A stretch of DNA of 64,000 nucleotides, from IMG/VR virus record IMGVR_UViG_3300046318_000188, positions 57,873 to 121,872 of that record; one strand, written 5' to 3'. The notes under the pieces are model-generated. The model was not told the origin of the DNA, ran no database searches, and worked only from the letters and a program-made list of their open reading frames with translations. This stretch comes from a virus. The position numbers and the translations under genes are program-made. Of this stretch, positions 51,817 through 61,207 are shown piece by piece. Each line of letters opens with the position of its first letter. Position 1 is the stretch's first letter.

Positions 51817-52992
51817 ATGAACAAGAACGCTACCGCATTTATCGTTGCCGCAGAAGAAATCTTTGGTTCAGAACCAATTTTAACCCGTGATGATATTACC
51901 AGAGTTGTGAATGAATCTGGTGCCCCGTATCCATATTGGCTGGTTACTAAATCAGAGTTCCGTTATGACCGTGGACAATACAAAGTTCCACCTTCAGGTA
52001 TTGTAAAGAAATCCAAAACTATTGTAAAGAATATGACTGAAGATTGTAAAGAACCTGAAACAGAAATGGCATATGCTCAACCTGCTCAAGTGTTAGAGTT
52101 CCGTCAACCAAAATTGATTGATGAGTCCGATAATGCCGTACCTGAAAAGTATGAGAATTATGTACCATTTGGTTTCTTTAAAGATATGCGTAATATTGTA
52201 TCGTCTAAGATGTTCTATCCTGTATTCGTTACCGGTTTATCAGGCAACGGCAAGACCTTGATGGTCGAACAGGTATGTGCGGAGTTGAATCGTGAATGTA
52301 TCCGTGTGAATATCTCAGTTGAGACCGATGAAACTGACCTACTAGGCGGTCCTACATTGGTGAATGGTAACGTGGTCAATCGTGATGGTCCTGTATTACA
52401 GGCTATGAAGAAAGGTGCCGTGCTGTTAATCGATGAGGTCGACCGTGGTTCTAATAAGTTGATGTGTTTGCAAGGCATCATGGAAGGTAAACCACATTAC
52501 AATAAGAAATCGGGTGAGATGGTTTATCCGAAGGCAGGATTTAATATCATTGCAACGGCAAATACTAAAGGCCAAGGCAGTGATGAAGGCAAATATCTTG
52601 CTCAAATCTTAGATTCGGCTTTTCTTGAACGCTTTCCTATCACCGTAGAGCAAGAATTTCCCGATATGAAAACTGAGAAAAAAATCTTGGCACCACTCAT
52701 TGAAGATAAAGCTTTTCTTGAAAATTTATGCCAATGGGCAGATGTAATTCGCAAGAGTTATATGGAAGGTGCTGTTGATGAAGTAATTTCAACACGAAGA
52801 TTGGTGCATATTGCAAAAGCATTCAACATTTTTAATGATAAAATGAAAGCTATTACATTGTGCGTTTCAAGATTCGATGAAGAAACCAAATTAGGTTTTC
52901 TTGACCTTTACAGTAAAGTTGATGCTACGGTTGAAAGTCCAGCCAACACAGCATCGGTTGTAACTAATACTGAAATGCCAGAATATAAGTAA
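51817..52992 (+). CDS. MoxR/CobS-like AAA+ ATPase
   Basis: GLSGNGKT, LLIDEVD, ATANTKG, AFLERF, ISTRRL. Confidence 0.9.
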   Translation: MNKNATAFIVAAEEIFGSEPILTRDDITRVVNESGAPYPYWLVTKSEFRYDRGQYKVPPSGIVKKSKTIVKNMTEDCKEPETEMAYAQPAQVLEFRQPKLIDESDNAVPEKYENYVPFGFFKDMRNIVSSKMFYPVFVTGLSGNGKTLMVEQVCAELNRECIRVNISVETDETDLLGGPTLVNGNVVNRDGPVLQAMKKGAVLLIDEVDRGSNKLMCLQGIMEGKPHYNKKSGEMVYPKAGFNIIATANTKGQGSDEGKYLAQILDSAFLERFPITVEQEFPDMKTEKKILAPLIEDKAFLENLCQWADVIRKSYMEGAVDEVISTRRLVHIAKAFNIFNDKMKAITLCVSRFDEETKLGFLDLYSKVDATVESPANTASVVTNTEMPEYK

Positions 52993-52994
52993 AA

Positions 52995-53031
52995 CTCTAA
53001 GAACGCATAAATATATCATGTGTTCTTGGAG
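52995..53031 (+). promoter_or_regulatory. RBS-sequestering hairpin overlapping late promoter CATAAATA
   Basis: CTCTAAGAACGCAT / ATGTGTTCTTGGAG stem; CATAAATA at 53006-53013. Confidence 0.75.
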
Positions 53032-53037
53032 AAAAAA

Positions 53038-53574
53038 ATGAAAATTTATAAACTGGTCAATAATGTAAATGGTGATTTCTATGTGGGTAAGACAACCCAA
53101 TCGTTAAACAAAAGGTTGTCTAACCACAGAAACACCGCCAACCATGGTTCAACCTATTATTTGCATAATGCAATGAGGTACTATGGTTACAATAATTTTA
53201 CTATTGAATTGCTTGAAGAAGCAACAAATGAACAAGAATTAAATGAAAAAGAAATTCATTGGATATCTGAATTAAAACCAACATACAATATGCATGAAGG
53301 TGGCCAAGGAGGTAGTTTACCTGGTCGTCCAGATATTGTTGGTGAAGCAAGAGAAAACTGGTTGAGTGGTTTTAATAGAAAAGGCAAAACACCTTGGAAC
53401 AAAGGTAAAACCGGACTAGGTGGTTATAAATGGTCTCAACCTATGTCGGATGAGAAACGAAAACAAATTTCTGAATTTCAGAAACAAAATCGTGCTCAAT
53501 GTATTCATTGTGGTATTGTTACCAATCCAGGAAATATTAGTAGATATCATAATGATAAGTGTGGTAAGAAATAA
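53038..53574 (+). CDS. Free-standing GIY-YIG homing endonuclease (Seg-like)
   Basis: KIY...FYVGKT...R...H, E..WI..L.P.YN, NUMOD3-like PWNKG/SDEKRKQIS, C-terminal CIHC...HNDKC. Confidence 0.85.
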   Translation: MKIYKLVNNVNGDFYVGKTTQSLNKRLSNHRNTANHGSTYYLHNAMRYYGYNNFTIELLEEATNEQELNEKEIHWISELKPTYNMHEGGQGGSLPGRPDIVGEARENWLSGFNRKGKTPWNKGKTGLGGYKWSQPMSDEKRKQISEFQKQNRAQCIHCGIVTNPGNISRYHNDKCGKK

Positions 53575-53598
53575 AGTGGCAAACTTGAAGTATACTGG

Positions 53599-53626
53599 TT
53601 GCCATTTAAGTGGTAACCTGTATAAT
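53599..53626 (+). promoter_or_regulatory. Sigma70-type promoter
   Basis: TTGCCA-N16-TATAAT with the shared CCTG before the -10. Confidence 0.7.
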
Positions 53627-53685
53627 CAGGTATGTAGTTCCTTTAAGTAGTTTTATATTATGTTTAATTTGATTAGGAGTTTTAA

Positions 53686-54006
53686 ATGGCTTTAACAGTT
53701 CGCAAAGGTAAGGTAAACCGTCATGAGAAAATTACCCAAGTATTATTGAGTGGCAAACCTGTATCACCACAGGAGATTGCTGATGTATTTAAAGGCACAA
53801 ACCAAGAGGCAGTTCTATATCGTTTGTCTACCAACATCTATAACATTCGTAAAGATGGTGGTATCGTCAAAGTGATTAAGAGTGGTCGTAAGGTAACAGG
53901 TTATCAATTGGTTAACTATTCAGAGTTCGATGCTAATGGTCGTTATCAAGGTCCAGTTAAGACTGCTCCATTAGTTAAGTCAACCCCTGAAGTTGTAACT
54001 GCTTAA
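53686..54006 (+). CDS. Putative winged-helix DNA-binding protein
   Basis: KITQVLLSGKPVSPQEIADVF...LSTNIYNIRKDGGIVKV...GYQL pattern. Confidence 0.55.
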   Translation: MALTVRKGKVNRHEKITQVLLSGKPVSPQEIADVFKGTNQEAVLYRLSTNIYNIRKDGGIVKVIKSGRKVTGYQLVNYSEFDANGRYQGPVKTAPLVKSTPEVVTA

Positions 54007-54018
54007 TAAGGAGATATC

Positions 54019-54318
54019 ATGGAAATTCAAACTAGAGTTCGTCACGCTGAAGTTAGTAACATTGTAAAGATTTCTAAAGGCAAACGCCAAGAGATTTTGA
54101 GAAACAGCAAAAAGAATAAAGGTGGTTATGGTGTTTCTCAAATGGTTCGTGAGTTACAAGTAGATGATGGATTTTTCGTGATGTGTGAAAACCAAGACCG
54201 AAAATTCTCTCATGTGTATACTGTAGCGAAAGAAGCTGGAATTCCTGTAACCGTTGTAGCAGGACAAGATGAAAATGGCAAAAAAGGTTTTTGGATTCTC
54301 GAAGCAACAAACATTTAA
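54019..54318 (+). CDS. Basic hypothetical protein
   Basis: Strong RBS AAGGAG. Confidence 0.65.
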   Translation: MEIQTRVRHAEVSNIVKISKGKRQEILRNSKKNKGGYGVSQMVRELQVDDGFFVMCENQDRKFSHVYTVAKEAGIPVTVVAGQDENGKKGFWILEATNI

Positions 54319-54769
54319 GTTTTATGTCGCCGCAGCCGTTGGGAAACGCCGTAAGTCGGTGACACCACTATAAAGTAAATTATGATTACATATACTATTT
54401 TTGGTATTATTTTGATTGCTCTTATTGCTTTGATTGCAGATAAAGTAATGAAGATTAAAATGCTTGAAGAAGAATGTGCAGCAATGCGTGAACAGATGTA
54501 CCAATCCGATCCCGATACTGCTGGTTATGGTATCAATGCTATTAAAGGTAAAAAGAAATGAAATATATTGCAAAACCAAGATTGTTTAATTACACTCACT
54601 CAAAAGAATTTGATGATGTAGTTGATGCTATTAAGTATTTGAATGAGTACATGAGTGCTAAAGAAGGTGACCATTCAGATTATGTGTTTATTGCACCATC
54701 ATTATCAAAGAAACAATTAAAGAAATCGATTGAAGAATATGTTGGTATTGGTAAATTGGAAATCATGGC

Positions 54770-55312
54770 ATGAGTTTGAAGTTACTTTGGCCTACTCCCG
54801 TATGGGAGATTGAAACGCCTGAGTTGGCAGATATCGTTGCGCCTTTGTTACATGAGATTAAAACTACACCACCTGATCCAGAAAGTTTGTTCAAGATAGA
54901 TTTGCCTGAAGCGAGTAAATTTGTTAAGATGTTAAAACCTATTGTGAATGATGCCATGAAAGAAGGTGGATATCCGTGGGAATACAATAAATTATTATGG
55001 GGTCGTGCAGTTCGTATGACACAAGGTAATTGGGATTCACCACACATACACCTTGCACCAATGTTAGTTGGAGTATTTTACTTGCAAGTACAAAGAGGTC
55101 ATGGTGATTTGTTTTTGGTACCTAGTTCAGGTAATTCTGGATTTACTACACATCATGATGGTATGAAAGGTACAAGATTGTATCACCAAATTGAAGCTAA
55201 AGAAGGTAAATTGGTTCTAATGCCAGCAGACTTGGCACATTTTGTATTGCCCAATACACTACCATTACCACGATATTCAATAGCACTAAATTTTGAAATG
55301 AATGCACTATAA
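54770..55312 (+). CDS. 2OG-Fe(II) oxygenase-like protein
   Basis: LWPTPVW, PHIH, GVFYL, EGKLVLMPA.L.H.V, RYSIALNF. Confidence 0.8.
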   Translation: MSLKLLWPTPVWEIETPELADIVAPLLHEIKTTPPDPESLFKIDLPEASKFVKMLKPIVNDAMKEGGYPWEYNKLLWGRAVRMTQGNWDSPHIHLAPMLVGVFYLQVQRGHGDLFLVPSSGNSGFTTHHDGMKGTRLYHQIEAKEGKLVLMPADLAHFVLPNTLPLPRYSIALNFEMNAL

Positions 55313-55313
55313 G

Positions 55314-55364
55314 TGTTGTAATTTGGCAACAAACGGTTGACCTATTCTGTGGTTGTGTTATAAT
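55314..55364 (+). promoter_or_regulatory. TGTTG-N8-CAACA palindrome plus promoter
   Basis: Palindrome at 55314-55331; TTGACC-N16-TATAAT at 55337-55364. Confidence 0.75.
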
Positions 55365-55701
55365 GGTATTTTAAATGTGGAGAAATACATGGATCATATA
55401 AGTCGCAGTGATATAATTTTGATGTTATCATTTAAGGGATTTACTACTGAATACCTAATGTCCAAAGATGATGAAACATTGGACAATTTGTATATTGAAT
55501 ATATTGTATTAGCAGAGGATTATGTATGAACTATAAACCAAAATCGTATACACTTGGACCAAGAAGTTTGAAAGAAATCATGGTCGAGTTACATTTGAAT
55601 TACCTACATAAAACTCAGCTTGATATGATTGATGAAGCAGTATTGAAATCCGATTGGAAAGAATCGAAAGAGGTTCTTAAACATATTATGGAGAAGAAAT
55701 A

Positions 55702-58700
55702 ATGGCCACTTGGCAAATTGAACCAACATGGAAAAAATCTTTAATTGAAAGAACTTACTACACCAAAGACAGTAAAACTATTGTTGTTGAAACTGGTTGG
55801 CGCTGGGGTAGTTTTACAATTGAAACTGATGATGATACACCTCCAGTTTTACAAGCTGGTGTAGACCTGCTTAATTGTGATTATGAAGTTGAAATGCAGG
55901 AAACTTTTGATGGATGTTGGGAGGACCATGAGTTTCATGGTTTTACCGAAGAAGAACAAAAGGCCATGGAAGAATGGTTGGATGAAAATTCTGCATGGGA
56001 TTTGGAGTCTGAAGGTTGGTCTCAGAATGATAATGAAATGATTTTGGATTGTGAACCGTCAATTGAGAAAGTTGAGTAATGACTGAGTTTGATTTTCTTG
56101 GTGCCCTTGGTATAATTGCCTTATTTTGGATATTTGTGGTGATATTGATTTCATACTTTATGAATGGTACAAAATGAATATCGATGATTTAGATTTACAA
56201 CCATCGGTGGATGCGGTAGATGAATTTCTACTCAAGTTTTGTATTCAGCATAAGTATCCTTCCTTGATGGCATCTTCTATCATTCTTGCTCGATTGTTAC
56301 ACTTAAACAAACAGGCAGGTAATGTGAATGATTTTGGCAAATTGTTGCGTACTGTATCTGATGGTATACTGAATAATGAATATGAAAAACCGGAGAATTT
56401 ACATTGATTGAAATTGTTATCGCTCTCGTTGTTGGTACAATTTTAGGTTATGTTATTCGTGGTGAACAAAAGGCCACGAATGATTCAGCTCAATCTAAAA
56501 TTGACAAACTGAATGAAGATGTGATATACTACAAGAAACTAACCAAACAATTGGCTGAAGAAAATATGGAATTTCGGAGAAAACAATGAGCACTGGTGAT
56601 ATAATTGTTTTAATAATTCTTGTTGCGTTGTTCCCAATATGGGCAACCGTAGCAGGTGTATTGTTGGTAGCACCGTTTGTGGTTATATACCATGTATGGG
56701 GTTCTTGGTTTGATTTGTTACGAGGACTTTGGCGAGATATTAAAGGATACAATAAATGAGTGATGGCGGTAAAGGTAGTAATCCAAGACCAATTCTAATC
56801 GATAAAGAAGAATACAAACAAAGATGGAACAATATCTTTGGTGAGAAACCTATCCTTGTAGGTTACTGTGATGTGTGTAATAGAAAGTATAGTTGGTGTT
56901 CTTGTGGTCCTGCACCCAAAGAATTAGAAGAAGCAATTGATAAGGCCTTAGGCATAGAAAGAAAATAATGAAAGTCTATACTTCAAAATATCGTAACCAT
57001 TGGTTATCACCTTATGTTATTCTGAAACGAGTTTTGTTTTGGGTTGATGAAGACAAGATTTACAATACCAAAGATGAACCCAATAATCCATATGAGATTT
57101 TGGTTAATATATTAAATCCAGTTTGTGTTGGTCTTGCGAAGGTGTTGGATTTCATTCATCCACGCATTACCTATGTTAAAATTGACCGATGGGATACATG
57201 GTCAATGGACCACACCTTGGCTGAGATTGTTTTGCCGATGTTAAAACAATTACGAGCATCAAAGCAAGGCGCCCCACATACTGATGATGAAGATGTGCCT
57301 GAGTATTTGCGTAGTCATATGGCACAACCAAAAGAGAATGAATGGGACACCGATAGTTTACATTTTATGCGATGGGATTGGATTCTTGATGAAATGATTT
57401 GGGCATTCGAACAAAAGGTTGCTGACGATGCAGAAGGACAATTCTTTGACCATTCTGTGTGTAATGGTCTGAGTCCTTGGGATAAAGATTATATCGGACC
57501 AAAATACGATAAAGAAAACTACATGAAGTGGCATGACCGTAAGTCTAATGGTTTTAGATTGTTTGGTAAATACTATGAGAACTTGTGGGATTGATATGAT
57601 ACCTTATTATTATTTGTATGAAGCAAAACGAAGATTGGTTAGTATCAAACAAACTATTGCTATGTTGGGTGGTGAAGATGATTGCCAACCTATGTTACTT
57701 GGCCAAAGAGATATGTTGAAATTGGAAGTGGAATATTACCGCCAACAATCAGCAAAGTTTACCATATTTTTGTTGACTTTGATTGTGTTTTGTGTTAGCC
57801 TATATTATCTGTTTATAACTGGAGTGTTTAATGTTTAGTCCGTTGATTAATTGGTTTAGTAATAAAAAATCTTTATTGGTATTTGGTACCTTTATATTTT
57901 TGTTAACAGTTATTCTAATGCCTTATGTACAGAATAGACTTATGATGCAAACATCCGAAACTGATATTAAAAACCGATTGGTTTGGTCAGTTAAGGGTGA
58001 TTGTTATTTTGTTAAACCCACCAATACAACCGACAATATGTTGGTTCGTGTAACCGATTGTGATAAGGTAAATAAATGAAAACCAATAAAGATTTTAATC
58101 TAAGTAAATCCGCCAAGCGTTCCCTTGCTACACTACCTACTAGTATGCGAGGTCATTGGAAAAAGATGATGATTGAAGCTGAAGTATTAGAAAAACGGGC
58201 CAAGTTGGCTAAGATTAGTAGTAAAACTGAAAAGGGAGAAGTATAATGGCATTATTTGTTGAAGTGAATTCGGTAGAAAAAAATTGTAAAGTTGTTTTGA
58301 ATATGGATGAGGTGATGGAAGTTGCACCAATGTCTACTGGTGGATGCCATCTGTTCTTGTCTGATGGTCGTATCTACAAAGTAAAAGATTCTTATCCATT
58401 GTTCCAACAATTTGCTATGCAAACTGTATCATCTGATGATGTGGCTGCTAAAGTTAAATCATTGAAGAAACAAATTGGTGTGGATATTCCAACATTATAA
58501 ATGAACGATTTGTTCTATAATGTGTTTGATTGGATTCGTGAAGATTGGAAGTCAGGTAAGGTTAGGTTTGTTATTGAATTGTTGGCATGGGCAATCTCGA
58601 TTGGTTGTTCCATTACAATGGCTCTCACCGTTCCTAATCCACCACTTTTAATCTTATATCCAATTTGGATTGCTGGCTGTGCTATGTATTTGTGGTGTGC

Positions 58701-58785
58701 TTTCACCCGCAAATCTTTTGGCATGGTTGCAAACTACTTATTACTTACTAGCATTGATACAATTGGTTTAATTAGAATGTTATGA
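55702..58785 (+). other. Array of small hypothetical ORFs (acidic 55702..56079, conserved 56968..57594, membrane 58501..58785, others)
   Basis: Coupled + strand ORFs. Confidence 0.65.
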
Positions 58786-58840
58786 TTTTGTCAGAATTCT
58801 ATTTTATATATATATTAATATAAGAATACTGACAGGAGTT

Positions 58841-59377
58841 GTGATGAAAAAAATAATGCCACAAATGGCCAGACCAGGTAAAAATGGTCACGGAGAACCA
58901 AGACCAAAAGTTGTATGTGTTGAGTGTAAAGAATTATTATCACAAAAGTTTTTTTCGTATAAAGTCAAAAAAAATCCATCACAAGGCATTAGAGATAGAT
59001 GTAAATCTTGTTCGGCTAACAAAGCAAAAAAAGAAACTGAAAGAAGAAATAATAATTGGAAATATCATCCAACACGACACATGTTGAATAATTCAAAACA
59101 AAGAGCAAAAGTGGCTGGACTAGAACATACATTAAAAATAGATGATATTATCATACCTGATTTTTGTCCTGTATTAGGAATAAAGTTAGAAACTGGTAAT
59201 AGAAAGAATCATTTTAATGCACCCAGTATTGATAGAATTAATAATACTAAAGGTTACATTAAAGAAAATATTGTAGTTGTTTCAACTCGAGCCAATCTTT
59301 TAAAAAAAGATGCTACCATAGATGAGCTTATTATGATTGCTAAATTTTATAGTGAATTGAAAGAAAAAACAAATTGA
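58841..59377 (+). CDS. HNH-type homing endonuclease
   Basis: CVEC...CKSC zinc finger; CPVLG...PSIDRI....GYIKENIVVVS..AN..K. Confidence 0.85.
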   Translation: MMKKIMPQMARPGKNGHGEPRPKVVCVECKELLSQKFFSYKVKKNPSQGIRDRCKSCSANKAKKETERRNNNWKYHPTRHMLNNSKQRAKVAGLEHTLKIDDIIIPDFCPVLGIKLETGNRKNHFNAPSIDRINNTKGYIKENIVVVSTRANLLKKDATIDELIMIAKFYSELKEKTN

Positions 59378-59952
59378 ACATTTTTTATTTGCATCCCGAC
59401 CCCAAAATTTGCGCTGAGTATCATAATTCAAAACATGTCGTGAAAATGATATTGGAGCTAGCTCAATTACTTTCTACTGCTCACCGTATTCTTGACGGCA
59501 ACCAATCTGTTGGCCTCAGTAAAACTGGTCGAAAACAAACGAGATATGTTCTTCCTGATGAGCGTGAATCTATTCTTTATTCTGCTACTCATATCAATCA
59601 TCCTTCCGCTGTCTGGTGCCGCCTAGGTGACTCGAACTACATTTGGTTGAGTAAGTTGTTGATGGCATTATGTAAAGAGTACACCTATCGTTATGGTAAG
59701 GTACATAAATGTGAACAAACTGGATTAGTCTGGCAATTATTCTCAAAGTTACCAAAAAATCTACCAAAACAAGTAAATTTTACAGGCCCAACACCTGCCA
59801 TGCCGGACGCTTGTAAAGTAGAGAATGATGTGTTATCATCCTATCGTAATTACTACAATTTGAATAAAACTCATCTAGCCAGCTGGAAAGGTAAGATTAA
59901 TTCAAGGTCAACACCACCATGGTTCACACCTGATGTGGCATATAAATATTAA
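59374..59952 (+). CDS. Pyrimidine-dimer glycosylase (DenV)-family protein
   Basis: MNIFYL...HVVKMILE.AQLLSTAH, THINHPS, EYTYRYGKVH, AMPD, YRNYY. Confidence 0.75.
   Translation: MNIFYLHPDPKICAEYHNSKHVVKMILELAQLLSTAHRILDGNQSVGLSKTGRKQTRYVLPDERESILYSATHINHPSAVWCRLGDSNYIWLSKLLMALCKEYTYRYGKVHKCEQTGLVWQLFSKLPKNLPKQVNFTGPTPAMPDACKVENDVLSSYRNYYNLNKTHLASWKGKINSRSTPPWFTPDVAYKY
59941..59948 (+). promoter_or_regulatory. Late promoter TATAAATA
   Basis: Exact consensus upstream of the small ORF at 59982. Confidence 0.75.
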
Positions 59953-59981
59953 TATTAACTGTATTATTTAAGGAGCATGAA

Positions 59982-60092
59982 ATGAGTTTAATCATTGGTC
60001 TAGTTGTTGGTGCTTTAATTGGTTGGTCTTTACCTAAACCAGATTTTGTACAATCTTTACAAGATAAGATTAAAGGCCTTCTCGGTAAATAA
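59982..60092 (+). CDS. 36-aa membrane peptide
   Basis: MSLIIGLVVGALIGWSLPKPDFVQSLQDKIKGLLGK; RBS AAGGAG. Confidence 0.6.
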   Translation: MSLIIGLVVGALIGWSLPKPDFVQSLQDKIKGLLGK

Positions 60093-60093
60093 T

Positions 60094-60375
60094 ATGCCAT
60101 CATACGATTTTCTAAACAAAAACACCAATGAAGTTGAGGAACATCGTATGTCTTATACGGTGTTGGAACAATTCAAACTTGACAACCCACACCTAGAACT
60201 ACATATCTTTTCAGAGAACCTCCCCATCATGTCAGATGGCGTTAGATTGTCTGTTCCAGGTATGGGTAGAGCAGACTCAACCTTTGAGAAGTATGTCATT
60301 GGTCGTATGAAGGAACAAGTTGGACAGAATACCATTAAAGATGGTCACAAAACCAAGGCACCGAGAGAATGGTAA
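60094..60375 (+). CDS. FmdB-like protein (Cys ligands absent)
   Basis: Starts MPSYDF.N..T.EV.E..MS...NPHL. Confidence 0.55.
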   Translation: MPSYDFLNKNTNEVEEHRMSYTVLEQFKLDNPHLELHIFSENLPIMSDGVRLSVPGMGRADSTFEKYVIGRMKEQVGQNTIKDGHKTKAPREW

Positions 60376-60486
60376 CATTCAGTCGTGTACCTGTACTGTT
60401 GATAAACCGAGGAGATGTTAATGCCAAAGTTGCCCCCGTAGTGAAAACTCAGAAGCTATCCAAAGACAATAATAACAGGAGAACTT

Positions 60487-60657
60487 ATGAGCAAAAAAAG
60501 AGGAATGTCCAAACAACAGCGGCTGTATTACGAATATCAAAACAAGGAAAAAGTTAGACAAGAACTCATAGAGTTGACCAAACAAACCAAGGCTATGGAA
60601 GACAAAAGAATAACAATATCTTCATTTAATCCACATGAAAATTCATATTTTAACTAG
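60487..60657 (+). CDS. 56-aa basic hypothetical protein
   Basis: RBS AGGAG; starts MSKKRGMSKQQRLYY. Confidence 0.55.
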   Translation: MSKKRGMSKQQRLYYEYQNKEKVRQELIELTKQTKAMEDKRITISSFNPHENSYFN

Positions 60658-60665
60658 GATAAATA
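60658..60665 (+). promoter_or_regulatory. Late promoter variant GATAAATA
   Basis: Intergenic, 31 nt upstream of the Cys-rich gene. Confidence 0.65.
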
Positions 60666-60696
60666 TGCCATTATTAACATTAGATACTAGAAAATC

Positions 60697-61179
60697 ATGA
60701 CTTTACCATCAACTGGCGCCATAGCGACATCCGACATCAATATTGAAGTTGGTAATGCCTCAAATTATTCTTTAGCTCTATCTTGGATTAGAGATAATAC
60801 CAAACCTTCAGTAACCGATTTCAATAGTTTGCGTAGCAAAGCGTATTATCAAAAGAATAATGATGGTAACTGTGCCAATGGGAATTGTACATCCAATTGT
60901 AATTGTGGTAATATTCAATGTAATAATTGTGTTATTTCTGGTACTGTAAACTGCCTGAATTGTGATGCTCAAAAATGGTTACAAACCGACTGTAATTGTG
61001 GAACTCCATATAACTGTACTACAGGTGCAACATCTTATAACTGTAATTGTGACTGTCCTGTGGATTGTGCTTGTGCTTGTAACTGTCCAGTTGACTGCGC
61101 ATGTAATTGTCCTGTAGATTGTGCTTGTGACTGTCCTGTGGATTGTGCTTGTGATTGTAACTGTGATTGCGGTGGTTAA
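60697..61179 (+). CDS. Cys-rich repeat protein; candidate radical SAM substrate with a fibre-like N-terminus
   Basis: 160 aa with 29 Cys by manual count, all after residue 58; four CPVDCAC units; ends CDCGG. Confidence 0.8.
   Translation: MTLPSTGAIATSDINIEVGNASNYSLALSWIRDNTKPSVTDFNSLRSKAYYQKNNDGNCANGNCTSNCNCGNIQCNNCVISGTVNCLNCDAQKWLQTDCNCGTPYNCTTGATSYNCNCDCPVDCACACNCPVDCACNCPVDCACDCPVDCACDCNCDCGG
61042..61170 (+). repeat. Tandem coding repeat (about 24-nt unit, [D/N]CPVDCAC x4)
   Basis: Units such as GACTGTCCTGTGGATTGTGCTTGT, with synonymous divergence between copies. Confidence 0.85.
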
Positions 61180-61207
61180 TAATTTAAACTAATGGAAATA
61201 TAATAAT

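Noticed and set aside
51817-52992. Cobalamin biosynthesis (cobS) auxiliary metabolic gene
   Set aside because: Only generic MoxR AAA+ motifs are visible, and no other cobalamin genes are in the window.
35442-55331. TGTTG-N8-CAACA copies as a CRISPR array
   Set aside because: The copies are 18 nt, hundreds to thousands of bases apart, with variable centres. There is no regular repeat-spacer structure and no cas gene.
61042-61170. Diversity-generating retroelement TR/VR pair
   Set aside because: The repeats are short, tandem and differ at synonymous positions rather than at adenines. No reverse transcriptase is present in the window.
60697-61179. Selenocysteine-containing precursor
   Set aside because: No in-frame TGA; the ORF ends in TAA TAA.
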